DNA from: Gammaproteobacteria bacterium
GTDB taxonomy: Bacteria; Pseudomonadota; Gammaproteobacteria; UBA4575
Length of the DNA stretch: 64,000 bases
Assembly: GCA_965222615.1 (NCBI GenBank)
Contig: CBDCUI010000009.1
Location: 640,001 to 704,000, forward strand
Reading direction: 5' to 3'
Both the position numbers and the translations under genes were made by a program. Positions 49,964-59,817 of the stretch are shown here, in pieces; position 1 is the stretch's first letter, and the number at the start of each line of letters is the position of its first letter. A model generated the notes under the pieces. It searched no databases and was not told the DNA's origin. It saw only the letters and a program-made list of their open reading frames with translations.

Positions 49964-49990
49964 TATTTATATTAAGTTGCACCTAAATTG

Positions 49991-51007
49991 TTATGGTTTT
50001 TCTCCAGAAACCACTCCCCAATATCCAAATGTTTTAGTGGACTTCACATTTACAAAACCTGCATCTTTGAGAAATTTACTTAGTTCTTTACCGGAATATT
50101 GCTTACCTTCAGTCCAATTAAGCATCGCCACGTTAGCTGCGGCAGCTATGGCAGGACCGCTTTTATCATCATCAAAAAGCATCTCATGTATTAGAACTTT
50201 CCCTTTTACAGGCAAGGATTTAAAACTTTTTTCGGAAAAAAACTGGCATTTGTCTTTGGGCCAGTCATGAAAAATTTGTGAGTAGAAATGAACATCGGCT
50301 TTAGGGAAGTCATCATTCCAAAAATCTCCTTGCACTACTTTTGCACGATCAGATAAATCATATTGATTAAAGTATTCTTGAGAAACTTCGCACACAGGGG
50401 GAATATCAAAATTTATTCCCTTTAGATGAGTCCAACGATTTAATACACCAATAATATGTGCGCCAGAACCTCCTCCAATATCTAGGAATACTTTATGATT
50501 TGAGAAATCAAAAAACTCTGGCCATGCAGAAGCAGGTGCAATACTTGAACTATGCATTGCTTGTGTAAAATTTCTCGCTATATCGAACTGTTTCTCATGA
50601 CTATCAAATATTGCTTCATCCCCATAAACCTTAGGTTCATTGGATAAAACAGATTGTCTGAGACTTTCAAGAGTATTTAAGGCAAAGATGTCTAGTAAGC
50701 CTCCAAAATAAGTTGGACTATCTTTCAACAAGTATTTCTTTGCATGATCCGTCAATGAATACTTTTGATCAGATAAAGAAATAAAATTCATATTTACCAA
50801 CATTAATAACAACGCTTCAGTTGATCTAGAAGCAATATTAAGTTTTTTGGAAATTTCTTCTAACGATTTCGGGCCATCATTTAATGATGAAAACAAATTT
50901 AATTCATTTGCAAGCATTAATGTCTGATACTTAAATAAGCCTGCAAGGACATCGAAAACAGGTTTATCATCTAAATTTTTCTCATCCTCGACTTGCATTG
51001 AATTCAT
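49991..51007 (-). CDS. SAM-dependent O-methyltransferase with dimerisation domain
   Basis: N-terminal wHTH (ELNLFSSL..GPKS.EEI), FLDIGGGSG, GDFW and IFHDWP. Confidence 0.9.
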   Translation of the reverse strand: MNSMQVEDEKNLDDKPVFDVLAGLFKYQTLMLANELNLFSSLNDGPKSLEEISKKLNIASRSTEALLLMLVNMNFISLSDQKYSLTDHAKKYLLKDSPTYFGGLLDIFALNTLESLRQSVLSNEPKVYGDEAIFDSHEKQFDIARNFTQAMHSSSIAPASAWPEFFDFSNHKVFLDIGGGSGAHIIGVLNRWTHLKGINFDIPPVCEVSQEYFNQYDLSDRAKVVQGDFWNDDFPKADVHFYSQIFHDWPKDKCQFFSEKSFKSLPVKGKVLIHEMLFDDDKSGPAIAAAANVAMLNWTEGKQYSGKELSKFLKDAGFVNVKSTKTFGYWGVVSGEKP

Positions 51008-51161
51008 AGTTAACTCCTTATCTTATTTGATTAGTTTTATTTTTATAAATTACTGTTATTACTTATGCAAATATTAAAAAGTCACAAGCGCTAATTGCAC
51101 TTTGAATTTCAGTAAGCTCAGGATGCTTAATCAAGATAGAGGAAGTATTACTACGAGACTC

Positions 51162-53237
51162 TTAGAAATTTACTCGCATTTCTCCAAAATAACTTCGTCT
51201 CGCAAGTGGTAGATCATTTGGTATGAATAACCCTGACGAATTGAACATACTTGGCTCATATGGCCTTGAATTGAATAAATTTCTCACAGAAAACGCAAAT
51301 TCCCATCGGTTCTGAAAAGATTTACTACGTACTGTTAAATCAAAAATATCATAATCATCAAGATCATCGGTTCTTGTATCATTATGAACTCTGTCTCGAT
51401 CCATAACAAAATTCCATTGTGGAGCTAAATACCATCCAGGTATAAACTCCCAATTAGCCTTAACATAGAACTGATTTTGAGGAGCATTTCCAGAGTCCTC
51501 ATTAACATCCTCATCTTCTGATTCTTGATAAGCATAGTTTCCTAGTAAATGAAATTTTCTATTTATTTTCCAATCGAATTCAAACTCTAAACCGTAGCCC
51601 TCTTGTTCTCCCACATTTGCTGCAATCGGTGTAAATTCAATAATGTCATCCCACTTGTACTGAAATAGATTTAAACCAAGCTGAAGATTATCTTTTGGCC
51701 GGTAGTCAAATGCTAGTTCAAGCGTCTTTATTTCCTCTGGATCTAGTTCACTGTTACCAACTGCGACAGGATTATTTTGATTCCTAAATTCGGCAAATGA
51801 TGGTGCACGAAATGCTTCACCGTATAACAGTTTAGCAGTCAAATCATGACGTGCGGCCCAAACTAACGCTAAGCGTGGATTCCATGTGTCACCAAAATCA
51901 TTGTAATCGTCATATCTCAGTCCAGCAGTCAGTTCCCAGTCATTACTGAATTGCCAGATATCTTGAATAAATGCAAAAGTATTATTCCGATGCTTCTCTG
52001 GTAGGAATGCAAAAGGCGTATCTGAGACATCAGTAAATGGGATTGGAGCAAATGCAATAAAGTTTCTATGATCTTCAACCTTATAAATATCACTATTAGT
52101 GTATCCCGCACCCACTCTTATTAGATGATCGCTAAAGCCAGAAAATAAACCAGTTACATTAAATCTCCAATGCCTCTCCCAAACTTCAGGATTACCTATT
52201 ACTCCATTCGGAAACGCTCCAAACCCAAAATTAGTACCTGGTGGGAATAAAATAGTATCGTCATCTACCACTTGACTTGTATTTAGATAACTAATTTGCG
52301 CTTGCACATCCCATGTATCAGTAAATTCAGTATTATGATAAGTCAGATCTGCATTCCACCGATCACTTTCATATGTACCATTAGGGTCTAAAGCATCTGC
52401 AACACCTGCCCCAGTTTCAACGTTACGGCGATGTTGAAGACCAGTTCGGAATTTCCAATTTCCTCGTGAAATATCTGCACGAATATCAAAACGCTCTGAA
52501 CCTGTGTTAACAGAATCCGGTGCGAATGAAGTACCAAGCGGGGTGGCTGCATCTGCACCTATATCTTCATCTTGGCCATCTGTATCACGATATTCAGCCA
52601 TAAATGCAACGTCAAATTCACCCCATTTCCCTCCATAAAGAGACCATGCATCGTAAGTATCAAAACTACCTACACGTGAACCAAATTTAGTCCCATCAAT
52701 TTCATTAGCTTGTTTTGTAACAATATTTATAACTCCTGCAAATGCATCAGCACCATATACCGCGGAACCAGGACCTCGTATAACCTCAATTCGTGAAATT
52801 GATTCTACTGGCATACCTCCCCATACCTGACTTCTATCACCAATAAATAGATTATTTACAGATATACCGTTCACCAAAACAAGAACTTGAGGATTAAAAC
52901 CAGTATGTATCCCACGGAATGTGTAAATAGGATTATAAAGAATGCTTGATCGCGAAACATGTAAACCAGGTACAGTCTCAAGTGCTTCATCCAAATCTGT
53001 AGCACCCATTTCTTTAATGTCTTTTGCAGTAATTACAGTCGCAACTGCTGGTGCACGTGAAATCGGTTGTGCCGTTCCTGTTGCTATACTTATAACTTCC
53101 TCATCGCCATAGAGCTCTATTAGTGCTTCTTCATCATAGTCTGCTTGTGCAAAGGAAATTATAAACAAGTTTATAAAGATACTTGAAATAATATTTTTGA
53201 AATTGTTCACAATAAAGACTTGATTAAACATGTTCAT
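51162..53237 (-). CDS. TonB-dependent receptor
   Basis: ISIATG..QPISRAPAVATVITA.DI, RIEVIRGPGSAVYGADAFAGVINI and C-terminal F. ATG 53237 has a TAAGGAG RBS. Confidence 0.92.
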   Translation of the reverse strand: MNMFNQVFIVNNFKNIISSIFINLFIISFAQADYDEEALIELYGDEEVISIATGTAQPISRAPAVATVITAKDIKEMGATDLDEALETVPGLHVSRSSILYNPIYTFRGIHTGFNPQVLVLVNGISVNNLFIGDRSQVWGGMPVESISRIEVIRGPGSAVYGADAFAGVINIVTKQANEIDGTKFGSRVGSFDTYDAWSLYGGKWGEFDVAFMAEYRDTDGQDEDIGADAATPLGTSFAPDSVNTGSERFDIRADISRGNWKFRTGLQHRRNVETGAGVADALDPNGTYESDRWNADLTYHNTEFTDTWDVQAQISYLNTSQVVDDDTILFPPGTNFGFGAFPNGVIGNPEVWERHWRFNVTGLFSGFSDHLIRVGAGYTNSDIYKVEDHRNFIAFAPIPFTDVSDTPFAFLPEKHRNNTFAFIQDIWQFSNDWELTAGLRYDDYNDFGDTWNPRLALVWAARHDLTAKLLYGEAFRAPSFAEFRNQNNPVAVGNSELDPEEIKTLELAFDYRPKDNLQLGLNLFQYKWDDIIEFTPIAANVGEQEGYGLEFEFDWKINRKFHLLGNYAYQESEDEDVNEDSGNAPQNQFYVKANWEFIPGWYLAPQWNFVMDRDRVHNDTRTDDLDDYDIFDLTVRSKSFQNRWEFAFSVRNLFNSRPYEPSMFNSSGLFIPNDLPLARRSYFGEMRVNF

Positions 53238-53573
53238 GCGACACTCCTTATGTCTTACATGTATATTTCTTTTCACTTGTTATTTGCGTCAGACAAAACT
53301 CATAAAAAAATAGACGAGTATCCGCCTCATATCCCAAGCGAAACAATACGTAATTAATGCACCTTATTTTAAGGAGTTACGTGAGAAACTAGTCGAAAAT
53401 GTATCGGAAGTTTGATACCGCGGATCTTATAGGTTTAAGCACAAATGGTATTAAATATGGGATGAACGGAATTTTTTCTTTAGGATTAAAAAATTCTGAA
53501 TTTTATATTCGACAAACACGGAAACTTAAATAAAAAATAGACAAACCAAATTAAAAACGACTATTAAGATTAT

Positions 53574-54374
53574 TTACCATTTACGAGCTTCTATGCCTTT
53601 ATAGAATATCCTGTCACAACGTAACGGAAATAATGCTCCTTCCGGTTCCATGCTTGAATCGATATAGCAAGGGAAAAACCCTGCAGTAAAACATAAGGTC
53701 ATAAAATGATAAAATTCACGAGCATTAAGTCCTTGATCTGAAGCTAGCGCTGCATCAACTGCTGCAATATTCATTTTAAAACGGTATCTAGACTTTTTTA
53801 AAATCTCTTCAATTTTTAGAAGCAAGCTTAGATGTTTCCCAGAATGGAATCCCAAATCCTTTGCTAGCTCCAATAAAGGATCTACTCTTTCATCTTTATT
53901 AATTATTGGTCGGCCAAATCCAGCAAGCCATCTTTGGTTCTTAAGTTCGCGTTTGATAATTCCTTCTAAATCTTCACCATTATCAACTTTAACTCTACAA
54001 TTTATTAAAAAATCACAAACTTTTGTTAACGGCACTTGACCATAGTTTCTAGCTTCTGAGACTGCAATAGATGCAGCAATTGCTAAGTTTCCTGTAGATC
54101 TAGTTGTTCCTGCAAGGCTTGCTACTCTATTATTCCAAATTCTCGGTTCAGGAAAGCTAGCCGATATTCTCCAGATTCCCTCAAATAGTTTTCCCTGTTT
54201 TCTATTAAACTCTCTGCCAGTAATTGCAAAAAGTAAAAATTGCATCCAAGTAAATGCCTTAAACTCAGAAAATATATCCCTCCCACGTAATACTACTCTT
54301 TCACCTGGAAACCAGGCGCCCATAGCCGTTACCCAGTTTTCCTCATAATTAATTAGTGGAGATTTTTTGCTCAT
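53574..54374 (-). CDS. Citrate-synthase/citryl-CoA-lyase-fold protein B
   Basis: W.T.MG...PGERVVLRGRD, AGFGRP...DERV and MNIAA in place of the CS motifs. Confidence 0.7.
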   Translation of the reverse strand: MSKKSPLINYEENWVTAMGAWFPGERVVLRGRDIFSEFKAFTWMQFLLFAITGREFNRKQGKLFEGIWRISASFPEPRIWNNRVASLAGTTRSTGNLAIAASIAVSEARNYGQVPLTKVCDFLINCRVKVDNGEDLEGIIKRELKNQRWLAGFGRPIINKDERVDPLLELAKDLGFHSGKHLSLLLKIEEILKKSRYRFKMNIAAVDAALASDQGLNAREFYHFMTLCFTAGFFPCYIDSSMEPEGALFPLRCDRIFYKGIEARKW

Positions 54375-54389
54375 TAGAAATATTACTTG

Positions 54390-55202
54390 TTAATTATTTA
54401 TTGGCCCGGGATCATTTTGTAGTTTCAGGGAATCCTCAAAAAAAGGATATTTACGCCAGCCATAATGTTTTTGTTCTAGAGCATGAACGGCTGCACCTGG
54501 CAACCGAAAAAAGAGAAAAAGCATTTCTCCTTGTTCCGTTGTTAATTTCAAATCAACAAATGCAGCAGCAATTACTCCTGTAAATGCTAGAGGCATGTTT
54601 GAATGTTCCTCTAAGGTTTGTCGATTTTTTTTTAGCCAATCAAGATTAGATTTCGGACCTGCTATTTCACATAAAGAAACTAAAATTTGTTGCGTTGGTG
54701 TTGAACAGCTAACCCCATTTGGATCAAATCCCGGAGGATGTTCGATAGGCGTCCATACGTCTATTCGTTCTTCATTTCGGGGATTTTTTATTGCATTTTG
54801 CCAATTCTTTATGTTTTGCCCGCATTCCTCCCAATTCTGCATGGCGAGATATACTTCCCTCGCACCACCATATTGACCTGCACCAACTGCAAGTGCGGCC
54901 ATCAATGCCGATGCTGAGGTAGAACCTCCAACGCCAGCATTCATTGCTGCGCGAACACTGTGGTCTCGTATTCCAGGATTCGCTATTGCAACCGCAATGG
55001 TTTCAAGTAATTTGGCCTGTTCTTTGGTGGGTTTTTCAAGTTTAAATAATAAATATAAGTATTCTACCCAGCTCGCTTTACCTAGAAGATCTCCATACAC
55101 ATCATAACCAGCGCAATAACATTTTTTTGCCGCGAAAGGATTATTCGGCTCTGGTTCTTCGTTCCATATTTTTGTATGGATAACTTCTTTTTTTTTACTC
55201 AC
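54390..55202 (-). CDS. Citrate-synthase/citryl-CoA-lyase-fold protein A
   Basis: GYDVYGDLLG, SVRAA, YGGA, PPGF and F...RLPGAAVHALEQ. Confidence 0.72.
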   Translation of the reverse strand: MSKKKEVIHTKIWNEEPEPNNPFAAKKCYCAGYDVYGDLLGKASWVEYLYLLFKLEKPTKEQAKLLETIAVAIANPGIRDHSVRAAMNAGVGGSTSASALMAALAVGAGQYGGAREVYLAMQNWEECGQNIKNWQNAIKNPRNEERIDVWTPIEHPPGFDPNGVSCSTPTQQILVSLCEIAGPKSNLDWLKKNRQTLEEHSNMPLAFTGVIAAAFVDLKLTTEQGEMLFLFFRLPGAAVHALEQKHYGWRKYPFFEDSLKLQNDPGPINN

Positions 55203-55223
55203 TTGTACGACACAAGCTCAATT

Positions 55224-57143
55224 TTAAAGATGAAGATGTGGAGTTGGATGCAAAACTTGTATTCTTGTTTGCATAGGTGGGATCTCATTTGAATCAACAT
55301 GGACATCAATTAAAGTAGGACCTTTTCGTGAACATATCTCACCAAAATCCAACTTTAATAAGTCCTCTGGGCTTTTAACAACATGTGAAGGTACATTTAA
55401 AGCCTCTGCCATTTTAGCAAAACTCGCAGAAGGAAGCTGATAACTTGTAAGTTCTACTTGTCCTAGAATCTGTCCTGATTTAACCATGCCTAGTTCTGAA
55501 TCATTTAAAATAATGAATATAACTGTCAGTTCTTCATGTACAGCAACAGAAATTTCCTGGGAAGACATTAAATAACTTCCATCTCCTGTTAAACATACAA
55601 CTGGTGCATTTTTTGCCACTAATGCTGTTCCAATTGAAGCACCAATAGCCCAACCCATAGAAGCAAATTCTATACAGGCTCGAAACAACCCACCTTTGAT
55701 ATTACGTCTACCAGTAATTCTTCTATCATAAGGATGAAGATAATGTATTCCCCATGCAAATGAATTGCCTGTATCGGCCAAATAACGTGTGTTAGGAGGA
55801 AATAAATTTGGCAATTCTTTCATCAACCGCTGTGGTTTAATTGGCGTGGCATTTGAATGATATTTATCAGGCTCATCAAGAGTTAACTGAATTTTAGAAG
55901 CCTCAGAGAAAATTTGATTGCCTTTTTTATTGGATGAATGTTCAAATTGCTTTTTATTGCTACTAGTTTTATTCAGATATTCATTTATCTTCAAAAATAT
56001 ATGCTGAATAGAACCCCTGATATGTAAATTAGCCATCGGTGAACGTGTAAGATTAGTCTCCACCTCATCAATATGCACTAAGCGGCTATTAAGCAATGAA
56101 TGATCCCATGCATTGCTTTCCCATTCACTTAAAGACGACCCAATCACAATGATATTGTCTAAGCTTTTATCATTTAAGGCATCATTAGCACTTTCATGTC
56201 CAGCAAAACCAACAACTCCACGGAATAATGGGTGATAAGGACTTACAAGGCCTTTCCCTAGTGGTGTTGTAAGCAAGGTTGCATTTAAAGTACAAGCAAC
56301 TTCAAGAATTGTACCTATTGCTGGTCCAGCCTCCTCTCCAATAATCATTACTGTTCTATCGCTTTTAACTAGATCGCGACAAAGCAAACCAACCGCATCT
56401 TCATCAATCAAACTAGGTCGCCATAACAAATTAGCCAAATCATAATTAGGTTGTTTTGTGGGTGAATTTGAAGCAAAAACATCCATGGGGAGACTTAAAT
56501 GAACTGGACCTGAAGGTGACTGATGTGCAGTCATAATTGCAGAAACTAATTTTCTTTCAAATTGCTCCACGTGAGAAACTAAAGAATTATAACGTGTACA
56601 ATATTGAAACATTCCTAAAGTATTTATTCCTGTACATGAAGATTCCTGAAACGCACCTTTACCAAATGTCGATAAAGCAGTCTGTGCTGTAATCACAAGG
56701 AGTGGAATATTATTTTCAAAAGCAGATGAAACTCCCGTAATTAAATTTGTAGTTCCTGGTCCTGTGGTTGCACAACACACACCAAGATTACCGCTATTAC
56801 GTGCATAACCATCCGCCATAAATGCTGCACCGGTTTCATGTCTTGCAACGATTGGTTTTAATCCACCTCTGCGTTCGCTTCTTGCCAGCGCATTGTAAAG
56901 TGGCTCGATTGCGCCCCCAGGAATTCCAAACACATACTCAACACCGATTTGCTCTAAATATGAAACAAGCAAATCACCTACTTCATATGTTGGTAATGCT
57001 TCAGATAATTCAACTAGTTTTTCTGGTGTATGTTTTTCTGAACGAATACTAACCACATTGTTTGTGGTTGCCCGATTGAATTTATTCGCTATTTCCAACG
57101 AAATATTTTTCGTTGTACGAATCTCGTCACCGCGAGCTGACAT
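55224..57143 (-). CDS. Thiamine-diphosphate-dependent enzyme (acetolactate synthase/carboligase superfamily)
   Basis: VFGIPGG, ARHETGAAFMADGYAR, GPGTTNL and GDGSYLM...ILND ThDP motif. No ilvH nearby. Confidence 0.9.
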   Translation of the reverse strand: MSARGDEIRTTKNISLEIANKFNRATTNNVVSIRSEKHTPEKLVELSEALPTYEVGDLLVSYLEQIGVEYVFGIPGGAIEPLYNALARSERRGGLKPIVARHETGAAFMADGYARNSGNLGVCCATTGPGTTNLITGVSSAFENNIPLLVITAQTALSTFGKGAFQESSCTGINTLGMFQYCTRYNSLVSHVEQFERKLVSAIMTAHQSPSGPVHLSLPMDVFASNSPTKQPNYDLANLLWRPSLIDEDAVGLLCRDLVKSDRTVMIIGEEAGPAIGTILEVACTLNATLLTTPLGKGLVSPYHPLFRGVVGFAGHESANDALNDKSLDNIIVIGSSLSEWESNAWDHSLLNSRLVHIDEVETNLTRSPMANLHIRGSIQHIFLKINEYLNKTSSNKKQFEHSSNKKGNQIFSEASKIQLTLDEPDKYHSNATPIKPQRLMKELPNLFPPNTRYLADTGNSFAWGIHYLHPYDRRITGRRNIKGGLFRACIEFASMGWAIGASIGTALVAKNAPVVCLTGDGSYLMSSQEISVAVHEELTVIFIILNDSELGMVKSGQILGQVELTSYQLPSASFAKMAEALNVPSHVVKSPEDLLKLDFGEICSRKGPTLIDVHVDSNEIPPMQTRIQVLHPTPHLHL

Positions 57144-57920
57144 GGTTTTTTCTCCTGGTTAAATACTAGGCAAGGGAAACACACATTTTTTTAATTGTTA
57201 TACACTTATTATTATTTGTGTTAACAACTGTTTACAACGTTAATATCGATAACTTCTTAAGTGTTATACAGAATTTAACATACTTTAGTGGGGTTAATTA
57301 ACCATATATTGAGGAAGGTAAATAACTTAATGATTTAAAAGGTAGAATTTTTTTAAACCAGTTCTCGAAACAGGTAATTTTATTTTGTTAGCTAAAGAAA
57401 TTCGCTAAAAATATGTGTATCTAGTGAAATTTGAAAAAATCATTTATTTCACTCAAGCCCATTAATCACAAAATATTTATGACGCACTTTTCAAGAACGT
57501 ATCATTTGATACTCTAAATAATTGATCACTAAAAATAACTATCTTAAAAAAATATAATGCACTAGCAATTTAATTAGACTTAAAAAAGAAACACAGACAA
57601 AATTAAGTTTATTAAATTTCTCCACATAAGATTTTTCTAGATTATAAAAATGTTCTAGAAAAGAATCAGTTAAAACTGTTGCTTCAATTTATACACTAAA
57701 AACGCATACTAATTGTATGTGTTTAGAGTGTATTAATTAACAATTTATTAATTGGAATCTTTATCTACAAATATAATAATACAAGTCACATATTTTAATA
57801 ATTTCCTTAGTGCTGCTATTGCAATCACATACTATTTTGTCATAGCAAACTACAATCAATCTAATCTAATTAGTAACCCACATAACTTCTAACTATTTAA
57901 AACTTTAGTTCTAAGCGGTA

Positions 57921-59324
57921 ATGATAAAATCAACGTTACACAAAATTGAAATTTTTGTTCTTGCGTTAGTAGTTATCGCAATTTTTGGAGTGACTTATCA
58001 CTACTACTCTCCTTCGTTGTTACAACAAATCAAAAATAATGACGAATTAGTTGTAATAACTCGCAACAGTCCTAGCACTTATTATGTTGGTAACGGTGGG
58101 CCTACAGGTTTTGAATATGAACTTGCACAGTTGTTTGCAGATTATTTAGATGTAAAGCTTGCCTTAATTGTTCAAAGTGAATTCCATCAAATTCTACCAG
58201 CAATTGTCGATGGCAAAGCCCATATCGGTGCGGCTGGAATCACACATACCAGACAACGTGAAGCCTACGTCGACTTCGGCCCTGATTACCTACAAATAAA
58301 TACTCAAGTGACCTATCAAGGAGGCAAGAAGAAGCCAAGATCTATTGAAGATCTGAATGAAAAGCGTGTAGCGGTTATCAAGGGCAGTACGCATGCACAA
58401 ATATTACAAGATCACAAAGAATTCTTTCCGTATTTGAAATGGGATGAGTACTCAGATTTGGATTCTGAAGAGCTAATGCAATTGGTTTCCGAAGGGCTCA
58501 TCGATTACACGATAGCTGATTCCAATGAATTGGCTCTTAACCGTCGTTATTTTCCTAACTTAAGAGTCGGATTTGATATTGGCCGTGAGCAATCCTTGGC
58601 CTGGGCATTTCTAAAAACAGATGATACTTCATTACAAGATTCTGCAAATAAGTTTTTTGCGCAAATCACTAATGATGGCACTCTCACACAATTAAAAGAA
58701 AAGTATTTTGGTCATATAAATGATATTACTCCTTCGGATAGTCACACCTTTATTAAACATGTAAAAGAACGGCTGCCGAAATATGAAAATATTTTTAAAG
58801 AAGCCGCATTAGAGTATGGCATCGATTGGCGTTTTCTTGCTGCCATTAGTTATCAAGAATCACTATGGAATTCAAAAGCAGTTTCTCCTACTGGTGTTAG
58901 GGGACTGATGATGCTTACCAGAAACACTGCTAAGCAATTACAAATTAAAAACAGAATTGATCCTTCAAAAAGTGTATTCGGCGGTACTGAGTATTACCTG
59001 ACAATACGCGATAAAATCCCAAGTCGCATCGAAGACCCAGATCGTACCTGGCTGGCATTAGCAGCATATAATGTGGGTTTTGGCCACCTTGAGGATGCAC
59101 GTATTCTTACCCAACAAGCTGGAGATGATCCTGATCTTTGGTCTGATGTTAGAAAATACTTACCTTTGTTGAGCAAGAAAAAGTGGTATAAAAAAACCCG
59201 TTATGGCTATGCTCGAGGTAATGAACCCGTTGAGTACGTGCAAAATATTCGTAATTATTTTGACCTATTGGTGTGGTTAGAAAACAAAGGTGAGCTACAC
59301 GAAATGCTCGCACAAAGATCTTAA
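57921..59324 (+). CDS. mltF: Membrane-bound lytic murein transglycosylase F
   Basis: SBP domain plus SLT domain (YQESLWN, SPTGVRGLMMLT, AAYNVGFGH, GYARG.EPV). Confidence 0.95.
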   Translation: MIKSTLHKIEIFVLALVVIAIFGVTYHYYSPSLLQQIKNNDELVVITRNSPSTYYVGNGGPTGFEYELAQLFADYLDVKLALIVQSEFHQILPAIVDGKAHIGAAGITHTRQREAYVDFGPDYLQINTQVTYQGGKKKPRSIEDLNEKRVAVIKGSTHAQILQDHKEFFPYLKWDEYSDLDSEELMQLVSEGLIDYTIADSNELALNRRYFPNLRVGFDIGREQSLAWAFLKTDDTSLQDSANKFFAQITNDGTLTQLKEKYFGHINDITPSDSHTFIKHVKERLPKYENIFKEAALEYGIDWRFLAAISYQESLWNSKAVSPTGVRGLMMLTRNTAKQLQIKNRIDPSKSVFGGTEYYLTIRDKIPSRIEDPDRTWLALAAYNVGFGHLEDARILTQQAGDDPDLWSDVRKYLPLLSKKKWYKKTRYGYARGNEPVEYVQNIRNYFDLLVWLENKGELHEMLAQRS

Positions 59325-59339
59325 CGCAAATCTTTAGCT

Positions 59340-59789
59340 CTATCTGCGTTTACAAAAAAACTGCTGCAGAATCTCTGCACATTCTTCCTGCATTACTCCA
59401 CCGGTAACTTCAACCGTATGGTTGTGTCTAGTATCAGACAATAAATTAAACATTGAACCTGCGGCACCGGTCTTGGGATCAGTCGCGCCAAATACCAATC
59501 TTTTGATTCTGGCATGTAACATAGCCCCTGCACACATTACGCAGGGCTCTAAGGTTACAAACATTGTGGTATCAATTAATCGATAATTATTTAGTGTTTT
59601 AGCTGCATTGCGTAAAGCAACTATTTCAGCATGCGCACTTGGGTCGTTACTACTGATGGGCTGGTTCCAACCCGATCCAATTATTTCATCTCTATAAACG
59701 AGTACTGCACCTACTGGCACTTCCTCTTGAGTTTCTGCCTGTTGTGCCAACTCAAGGGCCTTACACATCCATTGTTCGTCTTTATTCAA
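59340..59789 (-). CDS. tadA: tRNA adenosine(34) deaminase
   Basis: EVPVGAV, HAE and TLEPCVMC. Confidence 0.95.
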   Translation of the reverse strand: MNKDEQWMCKALELAQQAETQEEVPVGAVLVYRDEIIGSGWNQPISSNDPSAHAEIVALRNAAKTLNNYRLIDTTMFVTLEPCVMCAGAMLHARIKRLVFGATDPKTGAAGSMFNLLSDTRHNHTVEVTGGVMQEECAEILQQFFCKRR

Positions 59790-59817
59790 CGTTTAAAAAA
59801 CTGGATATAGAAATGAT

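Noticed and set aside
55224-57143. Housekeeping acetolactate synthase ilvI/ilvB
   Set aside because: No regulatory subunit or ilvC adjacent, divergent sequence, and a specialised-metabolism gene context.
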